A stretch of 64,000 nucleotides of DNA, from contig QFPO01000008.1 in the NCBI GenBank assembly GCA_003241385.1, forward strand, positions 98,759-162,758. Reading direction: 5' to 3'. Position numbers and translations under genes: made by a program. Origin of the DNA: Rhodanobacter denitrificans. GTDB lineage: Bacteria > Pseudomonadota > Gammaproteobacteria > Xanthomonadales > Rhodanobacteraceae. Below, in pieces: positions 32,112 to 42,535 of this stretch (its first letter is position 1; each line of letters opens with the position of its first letter). The notes under the pieces are model-generated. The model was not told the DNA's origin. It worked only from the letters and a program-made list of their open reading frames with translations, and made no database searches.

Positions 32112-34505
32112 ATGCTGCATTCGTTGATCGCCGCCTGGCGGCGGCTGCGCCGTCCCGGCAACCGCGGCTACGCCTTGGCCGCGCTGGCGACGCTGATGCT
32201 CGGCGTCGCCTCGGTCGTGACCGTCTACGCGCTGCTGCACCGCGTGCTGCTCGAACCGCTGCCGGTCGCCGACGAAGCCACACTGATGGCGATCAGCGGC
32301 CGCAACGACGCGCGCGGCGTCACCGGCTTCGCGGTCTCCGAGCCGGACTTCGGCTCCTGGCGCGCGTCGGCACGCTCGTTCGAATCGATGGCCGCCTACA
32401 AGCGTCGCGGCGTCAGCGTGCGCGGCAGCGACGGCGCCGACCGCCTCGACGCCCTGCTGGTCACGCCGCAGCTGGCCGCGGTGCTCGGCGTCGCACCGCT
32501 GCTCGGCCGCGGCCTGCTCGACGACGAAGGCGATCGCAGCTCGGCGCTGCTGATCGCCGCATCGGTCTGGCGCGACCGCTACGCCGGCGATCCGTCGGTG
32601 CTTGGCCGCAGCCTGGTGATCGAGGGTCGCGAGCGCACGATCGTCGGCGTGATGCCCGACGACGTCGGCGTCGCGACCGATGCCGGTCTGTGGCTGCCGC
32701 TGGAATTCACGCCGCGCGAGCAGGAGAACCGCGGCGACCGCCGGCTCGACGTCGTCGCGCGGCTCGCGCCCGGCGTCAGCCGGGCGCAGGCCCAGGCCGA
32801 GATGGACGCGATCAGCGCCGAGCTGGCCCGGCAGTATCCGAAGAGCAATACCGACTGGGCGGCCACCGTGGCGCCGCTGCGCGAGCAACTGGTCGGCGCC
32901 GACGAGCGCACGCGGCTGTGGATGCTGCTCGGCGCAGTCGGTCTGCTGCTGCTGGTGACCTGCAGCAATCTGGCCGGCCTGCAGATCGCACGCGCGGCCG
33001 ATCGTCAGCACGAACTCGGCGTCCGTCAGGCGCTCGGCGCCGGCCGCGCGCGGCTGCGCCTGGACGTCGTCGCCGAGACCGCCCTGCTGGTCGCCGCCGG
33101 CGCCGCGCTCGCGCTGCCGCTGGCGGCGGCGCTGCTGCGGCTGGCGACGCAGACGCTGCAGGCCAGCCAGCCGCGGCTGGCGACGCTGGCGATCGATCTG
33201 CGCGTCGCGGCCACCGCGATCGCGGTCTGCGCGGTCACCGCGCTCGCGTTCGCGGCGATTCCGGCCGCGATCGCCGCGCGTGCGGCGCCGACGGCGGCCC
33301 TGAACCGCGCGCGCAATGCGCTGGGCCGGCGCAGCGCACCGCTGCGCGCCGGCCTGGTCGTCGCGCAGTTCGCGATCGCGACCGTACTGCTGAGCGGCGC
33401 CCTGGCGCTCGGCGGCCGCCTCTGGACGCTCGCGCATGCCGAGCTCGGCTACGCGACCGAGCGCCTGCTGACGGTGCGCATCTCGCTGCCGCGGCTCGAC
33501 AGCCCGGAGGTCTTCGAAGCCCAGCGGCGCGCGCTGTCGACGCTGGCCGACGAGGCGCGGACGATTCCCGGCGTGCGCAGCGCGACGATCGTCAGCGAGG
33601 CGCCGCTCGGCGAGGTCGACACCCAGTCCGAGGTCGCACCGGGGCCGATGCCGGCCGAGGTCTCGCCGCCCGAGCGCCGCGTGCAGGCATCCTGGCGCAT
33701 CGTCGACGCGCAGTACTTCGAGACCTTCGGCGTGCCGCTGCTGGCCGGCCGCGCGTTCGCGCGCGACGACGAACCGACCGATCACATCATCCTCGGCCGC
33801 AGCGTCGCCGAGCGGGTCTTCGGCAGCGTCGACGTCGTCGGCCGCATCGTCACGATGGGCAACGGCCAGCGCCGCGAGGTGGTCGGCGTCGCCGCGGATA
33901 CCTACCAGCGCAACGTCGCCGCCGGCGCGTCGCCGACGGTCTACATGCCGATCACCTGGTATCTGTGGGAGACGATGACGCTGGCCGTGCGCAGCGAGGC
34001 CGACCCGGCCACGGTGGTCGCGGCGATCCGCGAGCGCGCCGCGCGCGTGATGCCGGACCGGCCGCTGTATGACGTGCGGACGATGGACGAGGCGGTCGCG
34101 CTGTCGACCGCGGGACCGCGCCTGCAGGCGGTGGTCGTCGCGCTGTTCGCGCTCGCCGCTGCCCTGATCGCCGCAGTCGGCATCGGCGCGATCACCGCGT
34201 ATCTGATCGCGCGCCGCACCGGCGAGCTCGCGCTGCGCTTCGCGCTCGGCGCCTCGCCGCTGCGCGTGCGGCTGCGCGTCCTCGGCGGCGCCGGTGCGCT
34301 GGCGGTGGCCGGCGTCGCGATCGGCGCGCTGAGCCTGGTCGTCTTCGAGCGTCTGGGCCTGCAGCGCGACGCCGGCGCCGAGCATCTGCCGGCGGCGTTC
34401 GCGATCAGCGTCGCGATCCTGCTGACGACCTGCCTGGCCGCCTGCTGGTGGCCGGCGCGTCGCGCCGCGCGGATCGATCCGGCGCTCGCGCTGCGCGGTG
34501 AGTGA
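32112..34505 (+). CDS. Duplicated MacB/FtsX-type ABC permease (ADOP-like)
   Basis: Two MacB-periplasmic plus FtsX units; ELGVRQALGA, RRTGELALRFALGA, PARRAARIDPALALRGE. Confidence 0.9.
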   Translation: MLHSLIAAWRRLRRPGNRGYALAALATLMLGVASVVTVYALLHRVLLEPLPVADEATLMAISGRNDARGVTGFAVSEPDFGSWRASARSFESMAAYKRRGVSVRGSDGADRLDALLVTPQLAAVLGVAPLLGRGLLDDEGDRSSALLIAASVWRDRYAGDPSVLGRSLVIEGRERTIVGVMPDDVGVATDAGLWLPLEFTPREQENRGDRRLDVVARLAPGVSRAQAQAEMDAISAELARQYPKSNTDWAATVAPLREQLVGADERTRLWMLLGAVGLLLLVTCSNLAGLQIARAADRQHELGVRQALGAGRARLRLDVVAETALLVAAGAALALPLAAALLRLATQTLQASQPRLATLAIDLRVAATAIAVCAVTALAFAAIPAAIAARAAPTAALNRARNALGRRSAPLRAGLVVAQFAIATVLLSGALALGGRLWTLAHAELGYATERLLTVRISLPRLDSPEVFEAQRRALSTLADEARTIPGVRSATIVSEAPLGEVDTQSEVAPGPMPAEVSPPERRVQASWRIVDAQYFETFGVPLLAGRAFARDDEPTDHIILGRSVAERVFGSVDVVGRIVTMGNGQRREVVGVAADTYQRNVAAGASPTVYMPITWYLWETMTLAVRSEADPATVVAAIRERAARVMPDRPLYDVRTMDEAVALSTAGPRLQAVVVALFALAAALIAAVGIGAITAYLIARRTGELALRFALGASPLRVRLRVLGGAGALAVAGVAIGALSLVVFERLGLQRDAGAEHLPAAFAISVAILLTTCLAACWWPARRAARIDPALALRGE

Positions 34506-34853
34506 GGCACCGGCCACCGTCACGCCGGGGGCGATACGTCGCGTCGCCGCAGCCCGCGCGGGTCGCCGTGCCTCGGGGCGAACGGACCTCGCACGCGCCC
34601 TCGCCCGCCGATCGTCGACGGGTTCGCCCCGCGGCCGCTCGCTGACCGGAATACGGCCGCGCCGATGCCGGCCCGACGACATCGGACCGCGCCGGCGCCG
34701 CGCCGAGCGCGCGGATGTCGATGTCGTCGACCATCTGCATGCCATTCGCTTGCCGGCATTCGAGGCCGCCGTGCAAGGTAGAGGAACGTTTTCACGTGCC
34801 GGTCGAACGGTGCCTGTTACGATCGCGGACTTTTGGCGAAGTACACCGGAGCG

Positions 34854-35420
34854 ATGCAGGCCCGATTGATGCAAGACCGCTGGCCACTGTGGATGCGCGA
34901 CTGGCTCGACGTGCTGGTGCCGACGCTCCAGGTCGTGCTGATCCTGCTGGTGGTCTGGCTGCTGCGGGCGATGCTGCGTCGTCTGCTCGCGCGGATCGGC
35001 GCGCGCTACGACCTGCCGCCCGAGCTGGTCGTCGGCATCCGCCGTGTGTTCGGGTTCGTGCTGTATGCGGCGGCGATCCTGCTGATCCTCGACCGGCTCG
35101 GCGTGTCCGGCACGGTGCTGTGGACGGCGTTCACCGGCTTCGCCGCGGTCGGCGCGGTCGCGTTCTTCGCGGCCTGGAGCGTGCTGTCGAACATCTTCTG
35201 CACGATCCTGATCTTCACGACGCGCCCGTTCCGCCTCAACGACCAGATCGAGCTGATCGAGAACGGCGAGAAGCCCGGCATCAAGGGCCGCGTGATCGAC
35301 ATCAACCTGATCTACACGACGTTGCGCGAGACGCGCGACGACGGCCCCGACACGGTGCTGCAGATCCCGAACAACCTGTTCTTCCAGCGCACCGTGCGGC
35401 GCTGGCGCGGGCCGGGCTGA
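34854..35420 (+). CDS. Small-conductance mechanosensitive channel family protein (short)
   Basis: Three TM; LSNIFC..RPFRLND.IE..GRVIDINLIYTTL..IPNN. Start 34854 or 34869. Confidence 0.88.
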   Translation: MQARLMQDRWPLWMRDWLDVLVPTLQVVLILLVVWLLRAMLRRLLARIGARYDLPPELVVGIRRVFGFVLYAAAILLILDRLGVSGTVLWTAFTGFAAVGAVAFFAAWSVLSNIFCTILIFTTRPFRLNDQIELIENGEKPGIKGRVIDINLIYTTLRETRDDGPDTVLQIPNNLFFQRTVRRWRGPG

Positions 35421-35607
35421 CCGTCCCGCCCGACCCGATCGGCGGCGATCCGCCCGACCTCTGCCGCGGACCGGCGCGGCCGAGGACGAGGCCGGCCTGC
35501 ATGCGCCGATCGTGACCGATGCGTCCGCGCAGTGCCGCGTGCCGACGCCGCGGACCGGCGCGGCGATGCGCTAGCATCGGCGTTTTCCGCCGCCCGGAGC
35601 CAAGCGC

Positions 35608-37293
35608 ATGCCGATGCGTCCGTTGTGCCTCGCGACCGCCGCCGCGCTGAGCGTCGCGCTCGGCGCCTGCCGCCCCGCCGCCGAACCGCCGCAGCCTCCC
35701 GCCGCCGCGCCCGCGACCGAGGCATCGGCCGCCCCGAGTCGCGACGACGTCGCGGCCAAGGTCGCCGCCTACGCGCCGGTCACGCTGAGCGCGGACCTGT
35801 CGCATCTGGCCGACGGCGACCGCCAGGCGCTGGCGCTGCTGCTCGACGCGGCCGAGATCGTCGACGGCCTGTTCTGGCAGCAGGTCTGGGGCGACCGCGA
35901 CGCGCTGCTGCAGCGGATCGATGAGCCGGCCGTGCGTCGCTTCGTCGAGATCAACTACGGCCCCTGGGACCGGCTCGACGACGACGCGCCGTTCGTCGAG
36001 GGCATCGGTCCGCGTCCACCGGGCGCGCGCTTCTATCCGGAAGACATGACGCGCGAGGAATTCGAGCGCGCCGACCTGCCCGGCAAGTCGAGCCTCTACA
36101 CGCTGATCCGGCGCGACGCCGCCGGCGTGCTGAGCGTGCTGCCGTATCACCAGGCCTACCGGCCCGAGCTCGAACGCATCGCCGCGAAGCTGCGCGAGGC
36201 GGCCGCGGTCGCGACCGACGCCGGGTTCCGCCGCTATCTGCAGCTGCGTGCGCAGGCCCTGCTCGACGACGACTACCGGCCCAGCGACGTGGCCTGGATG
36301 GACATGAAGACCAGCCCGATCGACGTCGTGATCGGCCCGATCGAGAGCTACCAGGACGCGCTGTTCGGCACCAAGACCGCGTACGAGGCGTTCGTGCTGG
36401 TCAAGGACGTGGCCTGGAGCGAGCGCCTGGCGCGCTTCGCGCAGCATCTGCCGGCGCTGCAGCGCGGCCTGCCGGTGCCCGACGCGTACAAACAAGAGAT
36501 GCCGGGCACCGATGCCGATCTGAACGCGTATTTCGCGCTGTACTACGGCGGCGACGCCAATGCCGGCGCCAAGACGATCGCGATCAACCTGCCCAACGAC
36601 GAGACCGTGCAGCTCGAGAAGGGATCGCGCCGGCTGCAGCTCGAGAACACGATGCGCGCGAAGTTCGACGCGATCCTGGTGCCGATCGCGCGTGAGCTGA
36701 TCGCCGAGGACCAGCAGGCGCAGATCACGTTCGACGCGTTCTTCGACAACGTCATGTTCCACGAGGTCGCGCACGGCCTGGGCATCAAGAACACGCTCGA
36801 CGGCAAGGGCACCGTGCGCGAGGCACTGACCGACCTGGCCAGCGGCTACGAGGAGGGCAAGGCCGACATCCTGGGCCTGTACATGATCGACGCGCTCGGC
36901 CGGCTCGGCGAGCTCGACGCGACGAAGCTGCCCGACCACTATGTGACGTTCCTGGCCGGCCTGTTCCGCTCGGTGCGCTTCGGCGCGAGCAGCGCGCACG
37001 GCCAGGCCAACATGGTCGCGTTCAACTTCCTGCGCGAGGCTGGCGCGTTCAGCCGCGACCCGGCCAGCGGCCGCTACCGCGTCGACGTCGAGCGCATGCG
37101 CGCGGCGGTCGACGCGCTGTCGACGAAGATCCTGACCCTGCAGGGCGACGGCGACTACGCCGGCGCGAAGGCGCTGCGCGATTCGCTCGGCAGGATCGAG
37201 CCCGAGCTCGCGGGCGATCTGGCCCGCCTCGAGCAGCGCCGGATTCCGGTCGACATCGTGCTGACCCAGGGCCGCGCCCAGATCGGCCTCTGA
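35608..37293 (+). CDS. Peptidase M49 (dipeptidyl-peptidase III-like) lipoprotein
   Basis: Lipobox LGAC; INYGPWDRL, GPIESYQD, AINLPNDE, FHEVAHGLG, YEEGKAD. Confidence 0.85.
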   Translation: MPMRPLCLATAAALSVALGACRPAAEPPQPPAAAPATEASAAPSRDDVAAKVAAYAPVTLSADLSHLADGDRQALALLLDAAEIVDGLFWQQVWGDRDALLQRIDEPAVRRFVEINYGPWDRLDDDAPFVEGIGPRPPGARFYPEDMTREEFERADLPGKSSLYTLIRRDAAGVLSVLPYHQAYRPELERIAAKLREAAAVATDAGFRRYLQLRAQALLDDDYRPSDVAWMDMKTSPIDVVIGPIESYQDALFGTKTAYEAFVLVKDVAWSERLARFAQHLPALQRGLPVPDAYKQEMPGTDADLNAYFALYYGGDANAGAKTIAINLPNDETVQLEKGSRRLQLENTMRAKFDAILVPIARELIAEDQQAQITFDAFFDNVMFHEVAHGLGIKNTLDGKGTVREALTDLASGYEEGKADILGLYMIDALGRLGELDATKLPDHYVTFLAGLFRSVRFGASSAHGQANMVAFNFLREAGAFSRDPASGRYRVDVERMRAAVDALSTKILTLQGDGDYAGAKALRDSLGRIEPELAGDLARLEQRRIPVDIVLTQGRAQIGL

Positions 37294-37313
37294 GATCGCG
37301 CCGCGCGCGCCGC

Positions 37314-37883
37314 TCAGGCGTCCGGCAGCGCCAGCGACCAGCGCCCGAGCACCGCGTGCTCGGCCTGGCCTTCGACGCTCTGCACCAGTTCGAAGTGGTC
37401 GGGCCGCCATGCGACCGCGTCGATCGTCGGCAGCGCCGGCTTCGGGTCGGTGTAGGCGATCGTCACATGCGGCAGCAGCGCAGCGCCGGCCTGCTCGAGC
37501 CTGAAGCCCAGAGCCAGGCAGCGCCGGCGCAGCATCTCGTGCAGCGCGCGCAGCGCATCGGGCACGTCGGCGGCCAACGCCAGCGCCGGCCGTGACGGCT
37601 GGCCGAGCGCGGCCAGACGATTGAATGTCAGCGTGAACGGCGCTGCGGTCAGACCGTCGGCGGCCTCGAGCGCGCGCGTGACCTGGCCCGGCCGCTCGCC
37701 GGCGCTCTCGCCGAGATACAGCAGGGTCATGTGATAGCGCGCCGACGCGATCCAGCGTGCGCGCGAATGCACGATGCGCAACGGCGCGGCGACGTGCTCG
37801 ATCGCCGCGCAGGTTCGCGCATCGGGCCGCAGCGCGAAGAACAGGCGATGCAGCGGGCCGACCGGAAACAGATCGCCGTGCAT
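37314..37883 (-). CDS. 2H phosphoesterase (RNA 2',3'-cyclic phosphodiesterase, ThpR/LigT family)
   Basis: RLFFAL and two HxT motifs, YHMTL and PHVTI. Confidence 0.88.
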   Translation of the reverse strand: MHGDLFPVGPLHRLFFALRPDARTCAAIEHVAAPLRIVHSRARWIASARYHMTLLYLGESAGERPGQVTRALEAADGLTAAPFTLTFNRLAALGQPSRPALALAADVPDALRALHEMLRRRCLALGFRLEQAGAALLPHVTIAYTDPKPALPTIDAVAWRPDHFELVQSVEGQAEHAVLGRWSLALPDA

Positions 37884-37928
37884 CGTCTCAGCGCTCCGGT
37901 CCGCGCGGCATGCCGGGCCGTCGCGCGC

Positions 37929-38807
37929 TCATCGCGCCGCACCGACAGCGGCCGGCGCCGCGCCGCCGGCCGTCGTGGCCGGCAGCGGCGGAAACAGCGC
38001 CGGCAGCACCTGCGGCGCGAGCGCGCGATAGATCGTCGCATGCTGCAGATCCGGCCGCGGCACCGCCTGCCAGTGCAGCTGCGGCGGCGCGTGCAGGCGC
38101 AGCGTCTCGGCCAGGCGCGCGGCCGGCGGTCCGATGTCGGCCTCGTCGGCCCAGGCCAGATACAGCATGGCCGGCTTATCGGGCCAGGCGGCCAGCGAAG
38201 CGGCCGCGCCGTCGGCCAGTGCGGCGCCGTTCCACCACAGGCTCGGACTCAGCGCGATCGACACGTCGAAAAGCCCCGGCTGGGCCAGAAACGTCTCGAC
38301 GACGAACCAGCCGGCCAGCGACTCGCCGACGATGCCGCGCTCGCCGCTGGCGCGGTAGCGGCTCTCGATCTGCGCGATCAGCTCCTCGGCGATGAACGCC
38401 CGGAACGCGGCCGATCCGCCGACGCGCGGCGCGATCCGGCGATCGCTCTCGACCGTGGTCGGACCGGTCATGTCGCGGCGGCGTTCGGTGTTCTCGATGC
38501 CGACCACGATCAGCGGCCGCATGCGGCCGGCGCGGATCGCCGTGTCGACGCTCGTGGCCACGTGCGGAAAATCCTCGGCGAGACCGCCGTCGGGCATGTA
38601 CAGGACCGGATACCGCGTGGACGCGTCGGCCGCGTAGTCCGGCGGCAGGTAGACGTTGATGCGGCGCGTCTCGGCCAGCCGCGCAGAGGGGAGATCGAAG
38701 CGGTCGTGCGCCGGCGCGGTCTCGGCGACCGGTGCCGGCGCGCGGCTGCAGGCGGCGATCGCGACGCACAGCGCGACCAGGAGGATTCGGACGGCCGTAC
38801 GCGGCAT
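37929..38807 (-). CDS. Alpha/beta hydrolase (IroE/Fes-like esterase), lipoprotein
   Basis: Lipobox [31 protein letters not shown]. Confidence 0.88.
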   Translation of the reverse strand: MPRTAVRILLVALCVAIAACSRAPAPVAETAPAHDRFDLPSARLAETRRINVYLPPDYAADASTRYPVLYMPDGGLAEDFPHVATSVDTAIRAGRMRPLIVVGIENTERRRDMTGPTTVESDRRIAPRVGGSAAFRAFIAEELIAQIESRYRASGERGIVGESLAGWFVVETFLAQPGLFDVSIALSPSLWWNGAALADGAAASLAAWPDKPAMLYLAWADEADIGPPAARLAETLRLHAPPQLHWQAVPRPDLQHATIYRALAPQVLPALFPPLPATTAGGAAPAAVGAAR

Positions 38808-38960
38808 CGGCGGGCGCTCGATCGGGAAAGCGCGCTACTGTGCCGTGTATGCGCAAATTTCGCACCGGTCGCCTGCGCCGCGGCGTTGCTGAACGTGCTG
38901 CGATGCCATACATACCGCACCGCATGGTCGCGGTCATGGCGCGGCCGCGTGCCGATGCCG

Positions 38961-38989
38961 TTGAATCCTCGCGCTCTTTTCCCGACAAT
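38961..38989 (+). promoter_or_regulatory. Putative sigma70 promoter of fabA-fabB
   Basis: TTGAAT-17 nt-GACAAT about 95 nt upstream of fabA, in a locally AT-richer patch. Confidence 0.55.
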
Positions 38990-39085
38990 CGCCGGCTCGT
39001 CCGCGTCTCGCCGAGACGCCGACGTGCCCGCATCGCCGCGCGAACACCCGGCGCGGATGCGCCCGCCCTCACAGCAGAACCCTTC

Positions 39086-39601
39086 ATGTCGCGACCCTCT
39101 TCGCTCGACCACGAACAGCTCCTGGCCTGCGCGCGCGGCGAGCTGTTCGGTCCCGGCAACGCCCGTCTGCCGGCGCCGCCGATGCTGATGTTCGACCGCA
39201 TCACCCGCATCGACGATCGCGGCGGCGCGTTCGGCAAGGGCCTGATCCACGCCGAGCTCGACATCCGTCCGGACCTGTGGTTCTTCGGCTGCCATTTCGA
39301 AGGCGATCCGGTCATGCCCGGCTGCCTCGGCCTGGACGCGATGTGGCAGCTCACCGGCTTTTTCCTGCCGTGGCTCGGCGAACCGGGCCGCGGCCGCGCG
39401 CTCGGCGTCGGCCAGGTCAAGTTCAGCGGCCAGGTGCTGCCGACCGCGCGCCAGGTCCGCTACGAGATCGACATCCGGCGCGTCATGCGCGGCAAGCTCG
39501 CGCTGGTGATCGCCAACGGCCGGACCCTGGTCGACGATCGCCCGATCTACGCGGCCGACGACCTGCGCGTGGGCCTGTTCCAGTCGACCGAGGGCTTCTG
39601 A
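39086..39601 (+). CDS. fabA: 3-hydroxydecanoyl-ACP dehydratase/isomerase
   Basis: [36 protein letters not shown]. Confidence 0.97.
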   Translation: MSRPSSLDHEQLLACARGELFGPGNARLPAPPMLMFDRITRIDDRGGAFGKGLIHAELDIRPDLWFFGCHFEGDPVMPGCLGLDAMWQLTGFFLPWLGEPGRGRALGVGQVKFSGQVLPTARQVRYEIDIRRVMRGKLALVIANGRTLVDDRPIYAADDLRVGLFQSTEGF

Positions 39602-39605
39602 GCCG

Positions 39606-40814
39606 ATGCGCCGCGTGGTCGTGACCGGATTCGGCATCACCTCGTGCCTCGGCGACACGCCGGCCGAGGTCGAACAGGCCTTGCGCCGAGGCAGCAGCGG
39701 CATTCGCGCCGCACCCGAGCAGGCCGAGCGCGGGCTGCGCAGCCGCATCGCCGGTGCGCCGCACACCGACCTGGTCGGCACGATCGACCGCAAGCTCAAG
39801 CGTTTCATGGGTGACGCCGCCGCGTACGCGTACGTCGCGATGCGCGAGGCGATCGCCGATGCCGGCCTGGCGCCGGATGCGATCAGCCATCCGCGCACCG
39901 GCGTGATCGCCGGCTCCGGCGGCGGTTCGGCGCAGTGGCAGATCGAGACCGGCGACCTGCTGCGCGAGAAGGGCGTGCGCCGCATCGGCCCCTACATGGT
40001 GCCGCGCACGATGTGCTCGACCGTGTCGGCCACGCTGGCGACCGCATTCGGCATCCTCGGCCTCAGCTACTCGATCTCGGCGGCCTGCGCGACCTCGGCG
40101 CACTGCATCGGCGCCGCGGCCGATCTGATCCGCCACGGTGCGCAGGACGTCATGTTCGCCGGCGGCGGCGAGGAGCTGCACTGGGGCATGACCTCGCAGT
40201 TCGACGCGATGGGCGCGCTGTCGACCGCCTACAACGACACGCCCGAAAGCGCCTCGCGTCCGTACGACGCCGGCCGCGACGGCTTCGTGATCGGCGCCGG
40301 CGGCGGCATCCTCGTGCTCGAGGACTACGAGCACGCCCGTGCGCGCGGCGCGCGGATCCATGCCGAGCTGGTCGGCTACGGCGTGACCTCCGACGGCGGC
40401 GACATGGTCGCGCCGTCCGGCGAAGGCGCGGTGCGCTGCATGCGCATGGCGCTGCGCGACGTGACCGCGCCGGTCGACTACCTCAACACGCACGGCACGG
40501 CGACGCCGGTCGGCGACATCGTCGAGCTCAAGGCCGTGCGCGAGGTGTTCGGCGACGCGGTGCCGCCGCTGTCCTCGACCAAGGCGCTGACCGGCCATTC
40601 GCTCGGCGCGGCCAGCGTCCACGAGGCGATCTACAGCCTGCTGATGCTGCGCGGCGGCTTCCTCGCCGGCTCGGCGAACATCGAGACGCTCGACCCCGAG
40701 GCCGCCGGCTTCCCGATCCTGCGCGAGAGCCGCGAGGCGTCGCCGGCGGTCGTGATGTCCAACAGCTTCGGCTTCGGCGGCACCAACGCCACGCTGGTGT
40801 TCGCGCGGGTCTGA
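39606..40814 (+). CDS. fabB: Beta-ketoacyl-ACP synthase I
   Basis: [36 protein letters not shown]; directly follows fabA. Confidence 0.95.
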   Translation: MRRVVVTGFGITSCLGDTPAEVEQALRRGSSGIRAAPEQAERGLRSRIAGAPHTDLVGTIDRKLKRFMGDAAAYAYVAMREAIADAGLAPDAISHPRTGVIAGSGGGSAQWQIETGDLLREKGVRRIGPYMVPRTMCSTVSATLATAFGILGLSYSISAACATSAHCIGAAADLIRHGAQDVMFAGGGEELHWGMTSQFDAMGALSTAYNDTPESASRPYDAGRDGFVIGAGGGILVLEDYEHARARGARIHAELVGYGVTSDGGDMVAPSGEGAVRCMRMALRDVTAPVDYLNTHGTATPVGDIVELKAVREVFGDAVPPLSSTKALTGHSLGAASVHEAIYSLLMLRGGFLAGSANIETLDPEAAGFPILRESREASPAVVMSNSFGFGGTNATLVFARV

Positions 40815-40893
40815 GCGCGCAGCCCCGGCGCGCTGCAACCGATCGGCGTATCGGCGCATCTCCGACAGCGAACCCCCGCTGACGGAGTGCGCC

Positions 40894-42234
40894 ATGTCCT
40901 TCGCTGTTCCGTTCCGGCGCCTGGCGCCGGCCCTGCTGTACACGCTGCTCGCCGTCACGACGGCGGCCGCCGCCGATCCGCGCGCAACCGCCGGTCGCGT
41001 CGCCGACGCGATCGAGGCGCACTACTACGATGCGCAGCGCGCCGCCGAGGTCGCGCAGGCGCTGCGGGCCGCGGCCGCGGACGGCCGTTTCGACGCGCTG
41101 ACCGACCCGCGTGACCTGGCCACCGCGCTGAGCGAGCGGCTGCGACCGGCCGATGCGCATTTCGGCGTGCAGTGGAGCGATCCGTCCGCCGCGCCTGTCG
41201 CGGCGTCCGCGGCGCCCGCGGCACCGGTTTCGCAGGCCGAGATCGAGCGGCGCGGCAACTACGGCATCCAGCGCGTGGAGGTCCTGCCCGGCAACGTCGG
41301 CTACCTCGATCTGCGGATGCTGGCCGGCTTCGAGTTCGGCGAACCGGACCAGCCAGCGCGCGAGGCGATCGAGGCGGCGCTGCGGCTGCTCGCGCGCACC
41401 GATGCGATGATCCTGGACCTGCGCGCGAACCCCGGCGGCTCGCCGGCGATGGTCGGCTATCTGGCCAGCGCGTTCACGCCGCGCGGCCAGGAGATCTTCA
41501 ACACCTTCCACGGCCGCGGCGGACGCACGCTCAGCGAGGCACCGCTGGACTGGTACCCCATGCCGCGACCGGATATCCCGCTGTACGTGCTGACCAGCGG
41601 GCGGACCGGCTCGGCCGCCGAGGCGGTGACCTACACGCTGCAGCAGGCACGCCGCGCGACCGTGGTCGGCCAGACCACGAGCGGCGCGGCCAATCCCGGC
41701 GGCGAGATCGACATCGGCGAGGGCTTTCGCGTCTTCGTCTCGGTCGCCACGCCGATCAATCCGCTGAGCCACGACAACTGGGAAGGCCGCGGCGTGGTGC
41801 CGGACATCGCCGTGGAGCCGGATCTCGCCCCGGACCGCGCGCAGCGCGAGGCGCTGCAGGCGATCGTCGAGCGCCGGCCCGACGCGGTCCGCGCGCGCTG
41901 GGTGCTCGAATCGCTGCAGGCCGCCGATGCCGCGCGCACGGTCGATCTGGACGCCTACACCGGCGGTTACGGCGAGGTGACGATCGCCGCGGAAGCCGGC
42001 CAGCTCGTGCTGCGCCGCGGCCGACGGCCGGCGCTGCGGCTGCTGCCGCTCGGCGAGGACCGCTTCAGCGTGATCGGCGAGCCGACCCGGCGCATCGGCT
42101 TCGATCGCGACGCGGCCGGCGCGGTCGTGGCGCTCGAGAACAGCGTCGCCGAGGGCCCGTCGGTACGGCACCGCCGCGATGCACCGGACCCTGCTGCCGA
42201 CCGCGACCGCGCCCCCGAGCCGAGCCGCAGCTGA
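40894..42234 (+). CDS. Exported S41 family peptidase
   Basis: Signal peptide; GNVGYL, ILDLRANPGG, TGSAAE, VVGQTTSGAANP, WEGRGVVPD. Confidence 0.9.
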   Translation: MSFAVPFRRLAPALLYTLLAVTTAAAADPRATAGRVADAIEAHYYDAQRAAEVAQALRAAAADGRFDALTDPRDLATALSERLRPADAHFGVQWSDPSAAPVAASAAPAAPVSQAEIERRGNYGIQRVEVLPGNVGYLDLRMLAGFEFGEPDQPAREAIEAALRLLARTDAMILDLRANPGGSPAMVGYLASAFTPRGQEIFNTFHGRGGRTLSEAPLDWYPMPRPDIPLYVLTSGRTGSAAEAVTYTLQQARRATVVGQTTSGAANPGGEIDIGEGFRVFVSVATPINPLSHDNWEGRGVVPDIAVEPDLAPDRAQREALQAIVERRPDAVRARWVLESLQAADAARTVDLDAYTGGYGEVTIAAEAGQLVLRRGRRPALRLLPLGEDRFSVIGEPTRRIGFDRDAAGAVVALENSVAEGPSVRHRRDAPDPAADRDRAPEPSRS

Positions 42235-42378
42235 CCGCCGCAAGCGGCGCGGGGCACGGTATGGCGGCGAGCCTTTGGCACGCAGATCGATCGCCCGGCA
42301 ATCAGAACGGCTCTTGTCCTGGTTCGTCACCGATCCGCGAGACGCGACCTGCAGCCGACCTCGTCCGTATCGAATGCC

Positions 42379-42420
42379 CCCGCTCCCGCTCCCGCTCCCG
42401 CTCCCGCTCCAGCTCCCGCT
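42379..42420 (+). repeat. (CCCGCT)7 hexamer tandem repeat, decaying into a GTTGCT/CTTGC-like tract to about 42497
   Basis: Seven units read directly; one is the variant CCAGCT. Confidence 0.9.
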
Positions 42421-42535
42421 GTTGCTGGCGCTGTTGTTGTTGTCTTCGCTCTTGCCTTGGCCTTTGCTCTTGCCGTGGCTTTCGCTCCTGGCTGTTGGTG
42501 CGCCTAAAGCGAGCCGAGCATCGCAGGTCGCCCAG

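Noticed and set aside
34506..34850. Small ORFs and a possible sigma-E promoter (GGAACG...GTCGAA) upstream of the MscS gene
   Set aside because: The ORFs are Arg/Ala/Pro-rich noise, and the promoter spacing is several bases too short.
39086..40814. fabA-fabB as part of a secondary-metabolite cluster with the ACP and ligase at 56.7-58.5 kb
   Set aside because: Ordinary unsaturated fatty acid operon about 16 kb away; nothing links the two.
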